Below, piece after piece: positions 21,241-33,521 of a DNA stretch of 37,473 nt. The notes below the pieces were generated by a model, which was given only the letters and a program-made list of their open reading frames with translations, was not told the DNA's origin and ran no database searches. Made by a program: the position numbers and the translations under genes. The DNA comes from Hydrurus foetidus (taxonomy: Eukaryota). Positions within the stretch are counted from its first letter, which is position 1, and every line of letters starts with the position of its first letter. The stretch spans positions 124,001-161,473 of the forward strand of contig UYFQ01000057.1 in assembly GCA_900617105.1 (NCBI GenBank), written 5' to 3'.

Positions 21241-22847
21241 AAAGGAACAATGCCATGACCCCACCCTCTGCCTGGACCGTAGGCCGCCAATTGGGAGCGG
21301 CTTTTGCCGCCATGGTGGCGCTGGTCCTCCTGCTTGCGGTGACGGGTTGGAGCCGCATTGCGGCCATCAACCAGGACCTGCAATCGCTGGTGGACCAAAC
21401 CCTGCCCACCCTCACTGCGCTGAGCGAAGTGAACGACCGGCTGCAAGTGGTGCGCACGGCGGAGCTAAGCCACTTGGCCGCGCTGACCATGCCCGCGAAA
21501 GACCGTGAAGAGACCGCAGTAAAAACTGCCGTGAAAGCCCTGGACACTGCGGTGCAGCGCTACACCGCCACCGGCGGCGCACAAGACCAAGGCGCCGAAG
21601 TCAAGACCTTGACCGACGCACTGGCCAAGTTCAACGCTTCGCGCTCCACGTTCCTGCAGATGTCCAACTCGGCCGCGGGCGCCGAGTCCGAGCGCGCGGT
21701 AGAGGCCAGCGACTATTTCAGCGGCCCCAGCCAGCAGGCCTACCAGGGCGCCTATGTCGCAGTGCAAAAGCTGTGGGCTGCCCACGTAGCCCAGGCAGAA
21801 GCCGCCAAAGAAATGGGGCGTGCGTCCGTGTTGCGTGCCAACCTGATGCTGCTCAGCGTCTCGGGCATCGCCGTGCTGGTGTCTATCCTGCTGGCGGTGT
21901 TCATCACACGCCGCCTGCTGGGTGAGCTGGGCGGGCAGCCCGCCTATGTGGCGCAGCTGGCGCGCGCCATTGCCGACGCCAACCTGGCCACCCCCATTGC
22001 CGTGCGCAACGGCGACACCACCAGCGTGGTGGCCGCCATGGCGCGCATGCAGGCCTCGCTCACGCGCATCGTGCACGCAGTGCGTCATGGCGCGGATGGC
22101 GTGGCCAATGCCAGCTCCGAGATTGCCCAAGGCAACCACGACCTGAGCAGCCGCACCGAGCACCAGGCCAGCGCACTCGAAGAAACCGCCTCCAGCATGG
22201 AAGATCTGAATGGCAAGGTGCGACAGAACGCGCTCAGCGCGGGCCACGCCAACCAGCTGGCGCTGGACGCCTCGGCCGTGGCTGTGCAAGGCGGCGACGT
22301 GGTGGACCAGGTGGTGCAAACCATGAAGGGCATCAACGACGCCAGCCGCAAGATTGCCGACATCATCAGTGTCATCGACGGCATCGCCTTCCAGACCAAC
22401 ATCCTGGCGCTAAACGCCGCAGTAGAAGCAGCCCGCGCCGGCGAGCAAGGCCGTGGCTTTGCAGTTGTCGCCAGCGAGGTGCGTAGCCTGGCAGGCCGCA
22501 GTGCCGAGGCCGCCAAAGAGATCAAGCAGCTCATCAGCAGCAGCGTGCAGCGCGTGGAGCAAGGCACGGCGCTGGTGGACCGCGCCGGTAGCACCATGGC
22601 CGAGGTGGTGGGCGCCATTCGCAAGGTAACCGACATCGTGGGCGAGATCAGTGCCGCCAGCTCAGACCAGAGTGCGGGCGTCTCGCAGATTGGCGAAGCG
22701 GTGAACCAGATGGACCAGGTGACTCAGCAAAACGCTGCCCTAGTAGAGCAGATGGCCGCGGCGGCCAGCAGCCTCAAATCGCAGGCCAGCGAGCTGGTGC
22801 GCGTGGTGGCGGTCTTCCAGACGGACGACGCATTGCTACTAAATTAG
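21237..22847 (+). CDS. Methyl-accepting chemotaxis protein with four-helix-bundle-type sensor
   Basis: Two TM segments and signalling domain [38 protein letters not shown] overlap with the SBP stop. Confidence 0.93.
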   Translation: MKRNNAMTPPSAWTVGRQLGAAFAAMVALVLLLAVTGWSRIAAINQDLQSLVDQTLPTLTALSEVNDRLQVVRTAELSHLAALTMPAKDREETAVKTAVKALDTAVQRYTATGGAQDQGAEVKTLTDALAKFNASRSTFLQMSNSAAGAESERAVEASDYFSGPSQQAYQGAYVAVQKLWAAHVAQAEAAKEMGRASVLRANLMLLSVSGIAVLVSILLAVFITRRLLGELGGQPAYVAQLARAIADANLATPIAVRNGDTTSVVAAMARMQASLTRIVHAVRHGADGVANASSEIAQGNHDLSSRTEHQASALEETASSMEDLNGKVRQNALSAGHANQLALDASAVAVQGGDVVDQVVQTMKGINDASRKIADIISVIDGIAFQTNILALNAAVEAARAGEQGRGFAVVASEVRSLAGRSAEAAKEIKQLISSSVQRVEQGTALVDRAGSTMAEVVGAIRKVTDIVGEISAASSDQSAGVSQIGEAVNQMDQVTQQNAALVEQMAAAASSLKSQASELVRVVAVFQTDDALLLN

Positions 22848-22892
22848 GAGCTACTCGCGCATATTCCACGGGGGCTAGAAGTCAATTTGTCT
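22834..22892 (-). repeat. ~59-bp dispersed repeat, overlapping the MCP stop
   Basis: Reverse complement agacaaattgacttcTAGCCcccgtggaatatGCGCgagtAGCTcctaatttagTAGCA; shares a 24-nt exact core with the 27833 copy. Confidence 0.85.
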
Positions 22893-23017
22893 CATATATT
22901 TCCTCGCCAGAATGTGCGCAATGCTTGCATACACGCAGCGTCTGTGCGATGGAACACGCAGGTTGGTGCGCTCAACCGGTACGCTGCTAAGCAGACAAAC
23001 CACCCAGAAAGCCCCTC

Positions 23018-23239
23018 ATGAATGTCGCACGGCTCACCGCCATTTTGCTCATTGCCGCCGGCGCCCTCGGCCTGTTGTATGGTGGCTTCAGCTACACCAA
23101 GGAAACCAGCGCCGTCAAACTCGGCAGCCTCGAACTCTCGGTGCAAGAAAAGCAAACCGTCAACGTGCCCGTCTGGGCGGGCATAGCGGCCATCGTCGCA
23201 GGTGGCCTGCTACTGGCCTACGGCAGCAAGGGCCGCTAG
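23018..23239 (+). CDS. Small membrane protein (2 TM)
   Basis: 73-aa ORF, TM-GGFSYTKET..KLGSLELSV..VNVPVWAG-TM. Confidence 0.75.
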   Translation: MNVARLTAILLIAAGALGLLYGGFSYTKETSAVKLGSLELSVQEKQTVNVPVWAGIAAIVAGGLLLAYGSKGR

Positions 23240-23264
23240 GCCCTTGCTGTTCCATGCCCTAGGG

Positions 23265-25457
<2,193 letters not shown>

Positions 25458-25480
25458 CTAGACTGACCTAGCCAGTGTAG

Positions 25481-25517
25481 ATTTTGAACATCTATCAATC
25501 AAGTAGGTTTTATTAAT
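25481..25517 (-). promoter_or_regulatory. OxyR-like binding site upstream of katG
   Basis: Minus strand ATTA-N7-CTAC-N7-ATAG-N7-AAAT versus consensus ATAG-N7-CTAT-N7-ATAG-N7-CTAT. Confidence 0.55.
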
Positions 25518-25537
25518 TCAAGCTATAGCGCAATCCA

Positions 25538-25989
25538 ATGCCGACACCACGCTACCCCCTGCCCGACCTGAACACCCTGCCCGAGGACATCCGCGCGAAA
25601 ATTCTGGAAGTACAAGAGAAGTCCGGTTTTGTCCCCTATGTTTTTATGGCCTTTGCACGCCGCACGGCCGAGTGGCGTGCGTTCTTTGCCTACCACGACG
25701 CGCTGATGCTGCGCACGGAGAGCAGCCTGACCAAGGGCGAGCGCGAGATGATCATCACGACCACCAGCGCGCCATGCTGGACTTTGCGATGCAGGTCTGC
25801 CTGCACAGCCACACCGTGGAAGACACCGACATTGAGGCACTGCACGCGCACGGCTTTGACGACGAAGACATCTGGGACATTGCCGGCATCACCGCGTTCT
25901 TTGGACTAAGTAACCGCATGGCCAACGTGACCAGCATGATGCCCAACCCCGAGTTCTACCTGCTTGGCCGCGTGCCCAAAGCCAAGTAA
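25538..25989 (+). pseudogene. AhpD-like peroxidase-related enzyme with internal deletion and frameshift
   Basis: N-half (LPEDIRAKILEVQEKSGFVP...EREMIITTTSA) and C-half (QRAMLDFAM...DIAGITAFFGLSNRMA) lie in different frames joined at ~25764-25770; the CxxC segment is absent. Confidence 0.8.
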
Positions 25990-25999
25990 GACTTGACCC

Positions 26000-27817
26000 A
26001 TGTTGCGCCTCGCTTGCACGACCCTGTTCGCCGTTCTGGCGGGCTGTGCCGCGGCTCCGCAGGCCTTGCAGTACACCGTGCCGGTGCAGCCAGAAGGCGC
26101 CACCGGCTCCACGGCCAAGCCCGGCTGGGCCACACACACCTACGCCGTAGCCGCGGCCAACCCTTTGGCCACCGACGCAGGCCTGCAGGTACTGCGCGCG
26201 GGTGGCAGCGCGGTGGACGCGGCCATTGCCGTGCAGATGGTGCTGGCCCTGGTGGAACCGCAAAGCAGTGGCCTGGGTGGCGGCGCATTTTTGGTGCACT
26301 TCGACGGCAAGACCACGCAGGCGTTTGACGGCCGCGAGACCGCGCCCGCTGGCGCCACCCCCGCCCTATTTCTGGATTCCCAAGGCAAGCCCATGGAGTT
26401 TGCCGACGCCGTGGTGGGTGGCCGCTCGGTCGGTGTGCCGGGCGCCGTGGCCATGCTGGCGCTGGCCCACCGGCAGCATGGGCGCCTGCCTTGGGCGCAG
26501 CTGTTCACCCCCGCCATCACACTGGCCACCCAAGGCTTTGCGGTGAGCCCGCGCATGGCCGCGCTGCTGGCGGCCGAGCAAGCCTTGAAAAAAGACCCGG
26601 TGGCTGCCACCTATTTTTACGACGCGGCTGGAAAACCCTGGCCCGCAGGCCATGTGCTGCGCAACCCGGAGCTAGCAGCCGTTTTGCAGCGCATTGCCAA
26701 TCAAGGCCCGGCTGCCCTGTTACAAGGCGAGGTGGCGAAGGCCATCGCCCGCAAGGTGCAAGGCCACGCGACCAATCCCGGGACGCTGACCCTGCAAGAC
26801 CTGGCCGGCTACCAGCCGCTGGTGCGCGAGCCGCTGTGTTTTGACTACCGCGTGAGAGCCACCGCCAGCGACTACCGCATCTGCAGCATGCCGCCGCCCA
26901 GCTCGGGCGCCATTGCCATCGGCCAGATACTGAAGCTGCTGGACAGCACACCGGCAGACCGCCTGCCTCTGGTGCAAGGCCTGCCCACCGCCGACTGGCT
27001 ACACCTCTACACCGAGTCCTCCCGCTTGGCGTTTGCCGACCGCGCGCAGTTTGTGGCCGACCCGGCCTTTGTGCAGCCGCCTGCAGGCAACTGGCAGAGC
27101 CTGCTGGCCCCGGCCTACCTGGCCCGCCGCGCCCAGGCCATTGACGCCGGCCCCACGGGCCGGAGCATGCAAACCGCACCACCCGGCAACCCCGGCGCCA
27201 CACCCGTGGCCTACGCGCCCATGCCTGACCAACTGGAGTACGGCACCTCGCACATCTCGGTGGTAGACGCCTACGGCAACGCGCTGGCCATGACCAGCAC
27301 GATTGAAGACGCCTGGGGCTCACGCCAGATGGTGAACCGCGGCGTGGGTCTGGCGGGTGGCTTTTTGCTGAACAACCAGCTCACCGACTTCAGCTTTCTG
27401 CCCACCGGAGCGGATGGCCTGTCGATTGCCAACCGCGTAGAGCCGGGCAAGCGCCCGCGCTCCAGCATGTCGCCCACGCTGGTGTTTGACAAGGCCAACG
27501 GCCAGCTCGTCCTGAGCGGAGGCAGCCCGGGCGGCGCGCTCATCATCCACTTCACCGCCAAGACGCTCTACGGCGTGCTGCACTGGGGCCTGAATGCCCA
27601 GCAGGCGATTGACCTGCCCAACTTCGCCTCGCTGAACGGGGCCACGCTGCTCGAAGACAAGCGGTTTGACGCGGCCACCCTCAGCGCCCTGAAGGCGCGT
27701 GGCCACACCGTGCTGGAAATTCCCCTGCCCAGCGGCCTGCAGGCCATCCAGCGCACGCCAAACGGGTATTTCGGCGGCGCCGACCCGCGGCGCGAGGGCG
27801 TGGTGCTGGGGGATTGA
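26000..27817 (+). CDS. ggt: Gamma-glutamyltransferase (lipoprotein)
   Basis: Lipobox LAGC; EPQSSGLGGG, DGRETAP, GTSHISVVD (nucleophile Thr), PGKRPRSSMSP, GADPRREG. Confidence 0.93.
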   Translation: MLRLACTTLFAVLAGCAAAPQALQYTVPVQPEGATGSTAKPGWATHTYAVAAANPLATDAGLQVLRAGGSAVDAAIAVQMVLALVEPQSSGLGGGAFLVHFDGKTTQAFDGRETAPAGATPALFLDSQGKPMEFADAVVGGRSVGVPGAVAMLALAHRQHGRLPWAQLFTPAITLATQGFAVSPRMAALLAAEQALKKDPVAATYFYDAAGKPWPAGHVLRNPELAAVLQRIANQGPAALLQGEVAKAIARKVQGHATNPGTLTLQDLAGYQPLVREPLCFDYRVRATASDYRICSMPPPSSGAIAIGQILKLLDSTPADRLPLVQGLPTADWLHLYTESSRLAFADRAQFVADPAFVQPPAGNWQSLLAPAYLARRAQAIDAGPTGRSMQTAPPGNPGATPVAYAPMPDQLEYGTSHISVVDAYGNALAMTSTIEDAWGSRQMVNRGVGLAGGFLLNNQLTDFSFLPTGADGLSIANRVEPGKRPRSSMSPTLVFDKANGQLVLSGGSPGGALIIHFTAKTLYGVLHWGLNAQQAIDLPNFASLNGATLLEDKRFDAATLSALKARGHTVLEIPLPSGLQAIQRTPNGYFGGADPRREGVVLGD

Positions 27818-27832
27818 ATTCTGAGGAATAGA

Positions 27833-27891
27833 TGCCAAATTGGCCGCTAGCCCCCGTGGAATATGCGCGACCAGCTATACAAACCATAGCA
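27833..27891 (+). repeat. ~59-bp dispersed repeat after ggt
   Basis: tgccaaattggccgcTAGCCcccgtggaatatGCGCgaccAGCTATacaaaccaTAGCA. Confidence 0.85.
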
Positions 27892-28031
27892 AATCCAGAA
27901 CCTAATCTGCAATTCCGCGCCGGGCCGCCCCAAGCGGTTCTGGACCGCTTGGCGGCCAGCGCCGCTAGGCAATTTGCCCCCACGACCCGCGTAGCGGCGG
28001 AGCGTGGGGGCCACGTTCCTACAATCACCCC

Positions 28032-30056
28032 ATGGCCATCCCCCAAACCTTCATCCAGGAGCTGATCGCGCGTACCGACGTGGTGGAGATCGTGGGCCGC
28101 TATGTGCAGCTGAAAAAGGGCGGCGCCAATTTCATGGGCCTGTGCCCCTTCCATGGCGAGAAGTCGCCGTCGTTCTCGGTCAGCCCCGCCAAACAGTTCT
28201 ACCACTGCTTTGGCTGCGGCAAGAACGGCAACGCCATCAGCTTCCTGATGGACCACGCGGGCATGACCTTTATTGAGGCAGTGAAGGACCTGGCCGGCCA
28301 ATACGGCATGGTGATTCCCGAGGAAGAAAGCAGCCCGCAAGACCGCGCCCGCGCCCAGGAGCAGCGGCAAAAACAAAACACCCTGACCAGCGTGCTGGAA
28401 AAAGCCGGCGACGCCTACAAGCGCGGCCTGAAAGAATCTCCCCGCGCCATCGAATATTTCAAGGGCCGGGGCTTGTCGGGTGAAATCGCCAAACAGTTTG
28501 GCCTGGGCTACGCGCCCGAGGGCTGGCGCAGCCTGGCCAGCATCTTCCCGCAGTACGACGACCCGCTCTTGGTGGAAAGCGGTCTGGTCATCCTGCACGA
28601 AGCCGAAAACGGTGGCGAGGAAAAACGCTACGACCGCTTCCGCGACCGCGTGATGTTCCCCATCCGCAACATCAAGGGCGAGTGCATCGGCTTTGGTGGC
28701 CGCGTGCTGGGCGACGAGAAACCCAAGTACCTGAATTCCCCCGAAACCCCGGTGTTCAGCAAAGGGCGTGAGCTGTACGGTCTGTTTGAGGCCCGTAGCT
28801 CGCTGCGCGAGCACGGCTATGTGCTGGTGACCGAGGGCTATATGGACGTGGTGGCGCTGGCGCAGCTGGGCTTTCCCAACGCCGTGGCTACGCTGGGCAC
28901 GGCCTGCACCAACGAACATGTGCAAAAGCTGTTCCGCTTCACCGACGCGGTGGTCTTCAGCTTCGACGGCGACGCCGCGGGACGCCGCGCCGCGCGCAAG
29001 GCGCTGGACGGCGCCCTGCCCTTTGCCACCGATGTGCGCAGCATCAAGTTCCTGTTTCTGCCCGCCGAGCACGACCCCGACAGCTTTATCCGCGCCTATG
29101 GGCAAGAGGCGTTTGCCGATTACGTGTCCAAGGCCACGCCGCTGAGCCGTTTTCTGGTCGAGGCCGCGCAAGAAGGCTGCGACCTGAGCACCGCCGAAGG
29201 CCGTGCCCACCTGTCCAGCAACGCAAAACCGCTGTGGACCCAACTGCCCGACGGCGCACTGAAGCTGCAACTGCTGGCCGAAATCGCCGAATCGGTGCAG
29301 CTCTCAGCGCCGAGCTGATGCGAACTGTGGGTCAGCCCCAACAGGCAAAACCCAAGCGCAGAACCCCACGCAGAGAGTCACACGCCCGCCGGCTACCACA
29401 GACGGCGCGCCCGACGAGGCCACTACGCCTACGGTCATGCAGGCATGAACCCTGGATGGTTACATGAAGAATAGCTACCAGCGCCCCTACTGTGAAAAGA
29501 AGAGGGCTCCAAGACCCCACCCACACGTCAAGTACCCGTCCAAATACCCCTCCAAAGGCGGCAAACCCTTGGGGCCACGGTGAGGCCCGCGTCCAGCGGT
29601 CCCCGAGCCAAGCATGCGCCAGCCGCGCCGACCACGCCGCCCGCTGCTGCTCTCCACATGGCGCTGTGGGAACACCTCACCCAGCGAAGACCACGGCCAT
29701 GCTGTGCGAGCTGCCCGCCCCCCACGGGGATGCTGCTCGTTTGGCTGGATGCCAGGCGCACGAGCATGGCCCGGTGTCTCGCGGCACGCTGCGCGAAACA
29801 ATCGTGGGCCACGCGGCCGAAGACTTGGCCACGGCTACTGGCCGGCCCCAGTGTGGCCACAGAACCGCTGGCCGAGTCCGGGCCCGAGCTGCGTGACCTG
29901 GTCAACCGCATGCTGATTGACCGCATCAAGGAACAGGAAACCGAGGCGATCGCCGCCTCCGCCCACGATCCAAGCGCGCTGCAGCGCTATCGTGAGTTGC
30001 AGATGCGCCGTAAGCAGCTGGAACTGGCCGTGCAGCCCAACGCGGCGGCGGGCTAG
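28032..30056 (+). CDS. dnaG: DNA primase (C-terminal third frameshifted in this sequence)
   Basis: Zn finger CPFHGEKSPSF...CFGC, KYLNSPET, TEGYMDVV, FDGDAAG. The C-terminal helix ELRDLVNRML...LQRYRELQ resumes in another frame and ends at 30056. Confidence 0.9.
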
Positions 30057-30093
30057 GCCCAGGGGCCAGTTGCCCCCTTACTTAGCATAGAAA

Positions 30094-30121
30094 TTGAATA
30101 AAACCGTTTCTCACCTATAAT
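30094..30121 (+). promoter_or_regulatory. Sigma70-type promoter for rpoD
   Basis: TTGAAT, 16 bp, TATAAT. Confidence 0.7.
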
Positions 30122-30348
30122 GCTTGATTGTTTCGGCAAGAGCGACAGCAGCACCTCCGGGCCAGGCCAACCGTTGACACTAGTTCACGACCGGCCACCT
30201 TACCGCAAGGACTGCACACCAAATGATCGCCCTCCCTTCTTGCCATTGGGGAATGACCTTCCCTGTCTTGCCACCTACTTCGCCTGTCGCGTGACGTAGC
30301 TGGATCCTGTTCTGTTTGCCAGTTTTTTTGTTGTCCTGAGGTTTTTGC

Positions 30349-32521
30349 ATGCCCGCTTCAAAATCCGCCAAGCCCGTCCAGCCTGCCAGCAAGTCCGCGT
30401 CGAAGACCGAAAAGAAAGCCTCCTCCGTGCCCGCATCCAAATCCAAAGCCGAACTCCTTGCCGCTGCTGACGAGTTACTGAAGAAAAAGAAACCCGGCCG
30501 CCCTGCCAAGGCAGCCGCTGCCGAGTCCGACGCACCTGCCACGGGCGCCAAGCGCGGTCGCAAGCCCAAGACCGCCACGGAGTCGTCCGGTGGTGGTGAC
30601 GACTTTGACATGTCGAACATCGAGGCCGACTTGGCCGGTGAGCCGGTCGTCACCCCCGGCGAGAAGGTCAAGCCCCTGCGCATGAAGATCAGCAAGGCGA
30701 AAGAACGCGCCTTGATGAAAGAATTCGGCCTGGACGAAACCGTGCTGTCCGAAGAAGACATGGCCAAGCGCCGCCAGCGCCTCAAAGCGCTGATCAAGCT
30801 GGGCAAAACCCGTGGCTACCTGACGCACGGCGAAATTTCCGATCACTTGCCCGACAAGCTGATCGACGCGGAAACGCTGGAAGCCGTGATTGCCACGCTG
30901 AACGACCTGGGTGTCGCGGTGTACGAGCAGACACCTGACGCAGAATCCATGCTTCTGACCAACAGCGCCCCCGCAGGCTCCACCGAAGAAGAAGCCGAAG
31001 AAGCCGCTGAAGCCGCGCTTTCCACCGTGGACAGCGAATTTGGCCGCACCACCGACCCGGTTCGCATGTACATGCGCGAAATGGGCACCGTCGAGCTGCT
31101 GACCCGCGAAGGCGAAATTGAAATCGCCAAGCGCATTGAAGGCGGCTTGATGGCGATGATGGAGGCGATTTCGGCCTCCCCCGCCACCATCGCCGAAATG
31201 ATGCGCTGGGTGAAGACATCCGTGACGGCAAGGTCGTGATCTCCACCATCGTGGACGGCTTTTCCAACCCCAACGAGGCCGACGATTATGTGGCCGAAGA
31301 AGACTTTGACGAATTCGACGAAGATGACGACGACGACGGCAAGGGCGGCTCCAAAGCGCTGACCAAAAAGCTCGAAGAACTCAAGCGCGAAGCGCTGAGC
31401 GTTTCGACCGCCTGCGCGAGTACTTTGACCAGATGCACAAACGTACGACAAAGAAGGCTACGGCACACCCGCCTACATGAAGACGCAGCACGCCTTGAGC
31501 GAGGAGCTGATGACCATCCGCTTCACGGCCAAGTCGATTGAAAAGCTGTGCGACATGGTGCGCGGCCAGGTGGACGATGTGCGCAAGAAAGAGCGCGAGC
31601 TGCGCCGCATCATTGTGGACAAATGCGGTTACTCGCAAGAAGACTTCATCAAAGACTTCGCTGGTGTGGACAAGATGGGCAACAAAGTGCCCTCCCAACT
31701 GCTGAACCAAAAATGGGTTGAAAAGCAGGCGGCCACTGGCAAGCCTTGGTCGGCCATCCTGGCACGTAACATCCCGCCGATTCAAGAGCTGCAGCAAAAG
31801 CTGCTGACTTGCAAGCCCGCGTGGTTGTGCCTTTGCCCAGCTTAAAGACATCAACAAGCGCATGAACGAGGGCGAGTACTCGTCCCGCGCGGCCAAGAAG
31901 GAAATGATCGAGGCCAACTTGCGCCTCGTGATCTCGATTGCCAAGAAGTACACCAACCGCGGCCTGCAATTCCTGGATCTGATTCAGGAAGGCAACATCG
32001 GCTTGATGAAGGCCGTGGACAAGTTCGAATACCGCCGCGGCTACAAGTTCTCGACCTACGCCACTTGGTGGATTCGCCAGGCGATTACCCGCTCTATTGC
32101 GGACCAGGCGCGCACCATCCGGATTCCGGTGCACATGATCGAAACCATCAACAAGATGAACCGCATCAGCCGCCAGCACTTGCAAGAGTTTGGTTTTGAG
32201 CCCGATGCATCGGTGTTGGCCGAGCGCATGGAGATTCCCGAAGACAAGATCCGCAAGATCATGAAGATCGCCAAAGAGCCGATCTCCATGGAAACGCCGA
32301 TCGGTGACGATGACGACAGCCATCTGGGCGACTTCATCGAGGACAGCGCGAACACCGCGCCCATGGAAGCTGCGATGCAGGCCGGTCTGCGCGATGTGGT
32401 CAAGGACATCCTGGACAGCCTCACACCACGCGAAGCCAAGGTGCTGCGCATGCGCTTCGGTATTGAGATGACTTCCGACCACACGCTGGAAGAAGTGGGC
32501 AAGCAGTTCGACGTGACCCGT

Positions 32522-32562
<41 letters not shown>

Positions 32563-32614
32563 CAAGCACCCCAGCCGTTCGGACAAGCTGCGCAGCTTCA
32601 CCGACACGCTGTAA
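30349..32614 (+). CDS. rpoD: RNA polymerase sigma factor RpoD (split by apparent single-base errors)
   Basis: Region 1.2 [13 protein letters not shown], region 2 [14 protein letters not shown]...TYATWWIRQ, region 4 [16 protein letters not shown], in consecutive fragments. Confidence 0.93.
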
Positions 32615-32627
32615 CCCGCTCGCCTTA

Positions 32628-32686
32628 AGCGAAATAGCGCCCCAGTCCGCATGTAATATGCGTGGGGCGCTATTTTTTTGATAGTA
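32628..32686 (+). repeat. ~59-bp dispersed repeat after rpoD (diverged)
   Basis: agcgaaatagcgcccCAGTCcgcatgtaatatGCGTggggCGCTATtttttTgaTAGTA; same register as the other copies. Confidence 0.65.
32632..32679 (+). terminator. Intrinsic terminator after rpoD, embedded in a repeat copy
   Basis: AAATAGCGCCCCA...CGCAT-GTAAT-ATGCG...TGGGGCGCTATTT followed by a T run. Confidence 0.75.
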
Positions 32687-32712
32687 ATTTTCAGACCCTG
32701 AGCATTCCGGAC

Positions 32713-33512
32713 ATGGCAAACGATCACACCTACCGACTGGCTGGCGTCATGGGCTGGCCCGTCGCCCACTCACGCTCACCGGTCATTCACACGCACTGGA
32801 TCGACGAGCACCGTCTGCGCGGTGCCTACGTGCTGCTGCCGGTGCAGCCGGAAAAAATTGAACACGCACTGCGGGCCCTGCCCACGCTGGGCTTTGCCGG
32901 CTGCAACCTGACCATTCCCCACAAGGTGGTGGCCATGGGGATCGTGGACCACCTGGAACCCCTAGCCCAGCGCATTGGCGCGGCGAACACCATCGTGGTC
33001 GGGGCGGATGGATCCCTCACCGGCCGCAACACCGACGCCTTCGGTTTCATCCAGAGCCTGCGCGACGCAGCCCCGGCCTGGCGCGCAGATGCTGGCCCCG
33101 CCTGTGTGATGGGTGCGGGCGGCGCGGCCCGGGCCGTCATCGCGGGTTTGCTGGACGAAGGCGCCACTGAAATTCGCCTGAGCAACCGCAGCGACGCCAA
33201 GGCGGTGGACATGGCGCAAGAATTCGGTCCGCTGGTGCACGCCGTATCCTGGGCCGAGCGCCACGAGGCATGCACGGCTGGCAGGCGCTGGATCTGGATT
33301 TGCACGCCCTGCCCGCTACCGCGCTGGTGTCGGACATCGTCTACGTGCCGCTGGAAACCCCGCTACTCACCACCGCCAATGCCCGCGGCAACACCACGGT
33401 CAACGGCCTGGGCATGTTGCTGAACCAGGCACGCCCGGCGTTTGAAGCTTGGTTTGGGGTGTCACCTTCGATTTCGCCAGCGCTGCTGGCTAAGGTGATT
33501 GCGACCTTCTGA
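32713..33512 (+). pseudogene. aroE: Shikimate dehydrogenase with short internal deletion and frameshift
   Basis: GWPVAHSRSP, NLTIPHK, NTDAFGF, GAGGAAR; frame change at ~33266-33272 with the family's LVNTT segment missing; continues DIVYVPLETPLL, NGLGMLLNQA. Confidence 0.75.
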
Positions 33513-33521
33513 CGAAGGGTG

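Noticed and set aside
26843..26878. GACTACCGC direct repeat in ggt (DYR...DYR)
   Set aside because: Only 9 bp, in frame and compatible with chance or ordinary protein sequence.
30349..32614. Programmed frameshifting or true pseudogenisation of rpoD
   Set aside because: Five scattered shifts with no slippery sites in an essential gene, clustered with similar lesions in dnaG and grpE; sequencing error is simpler.
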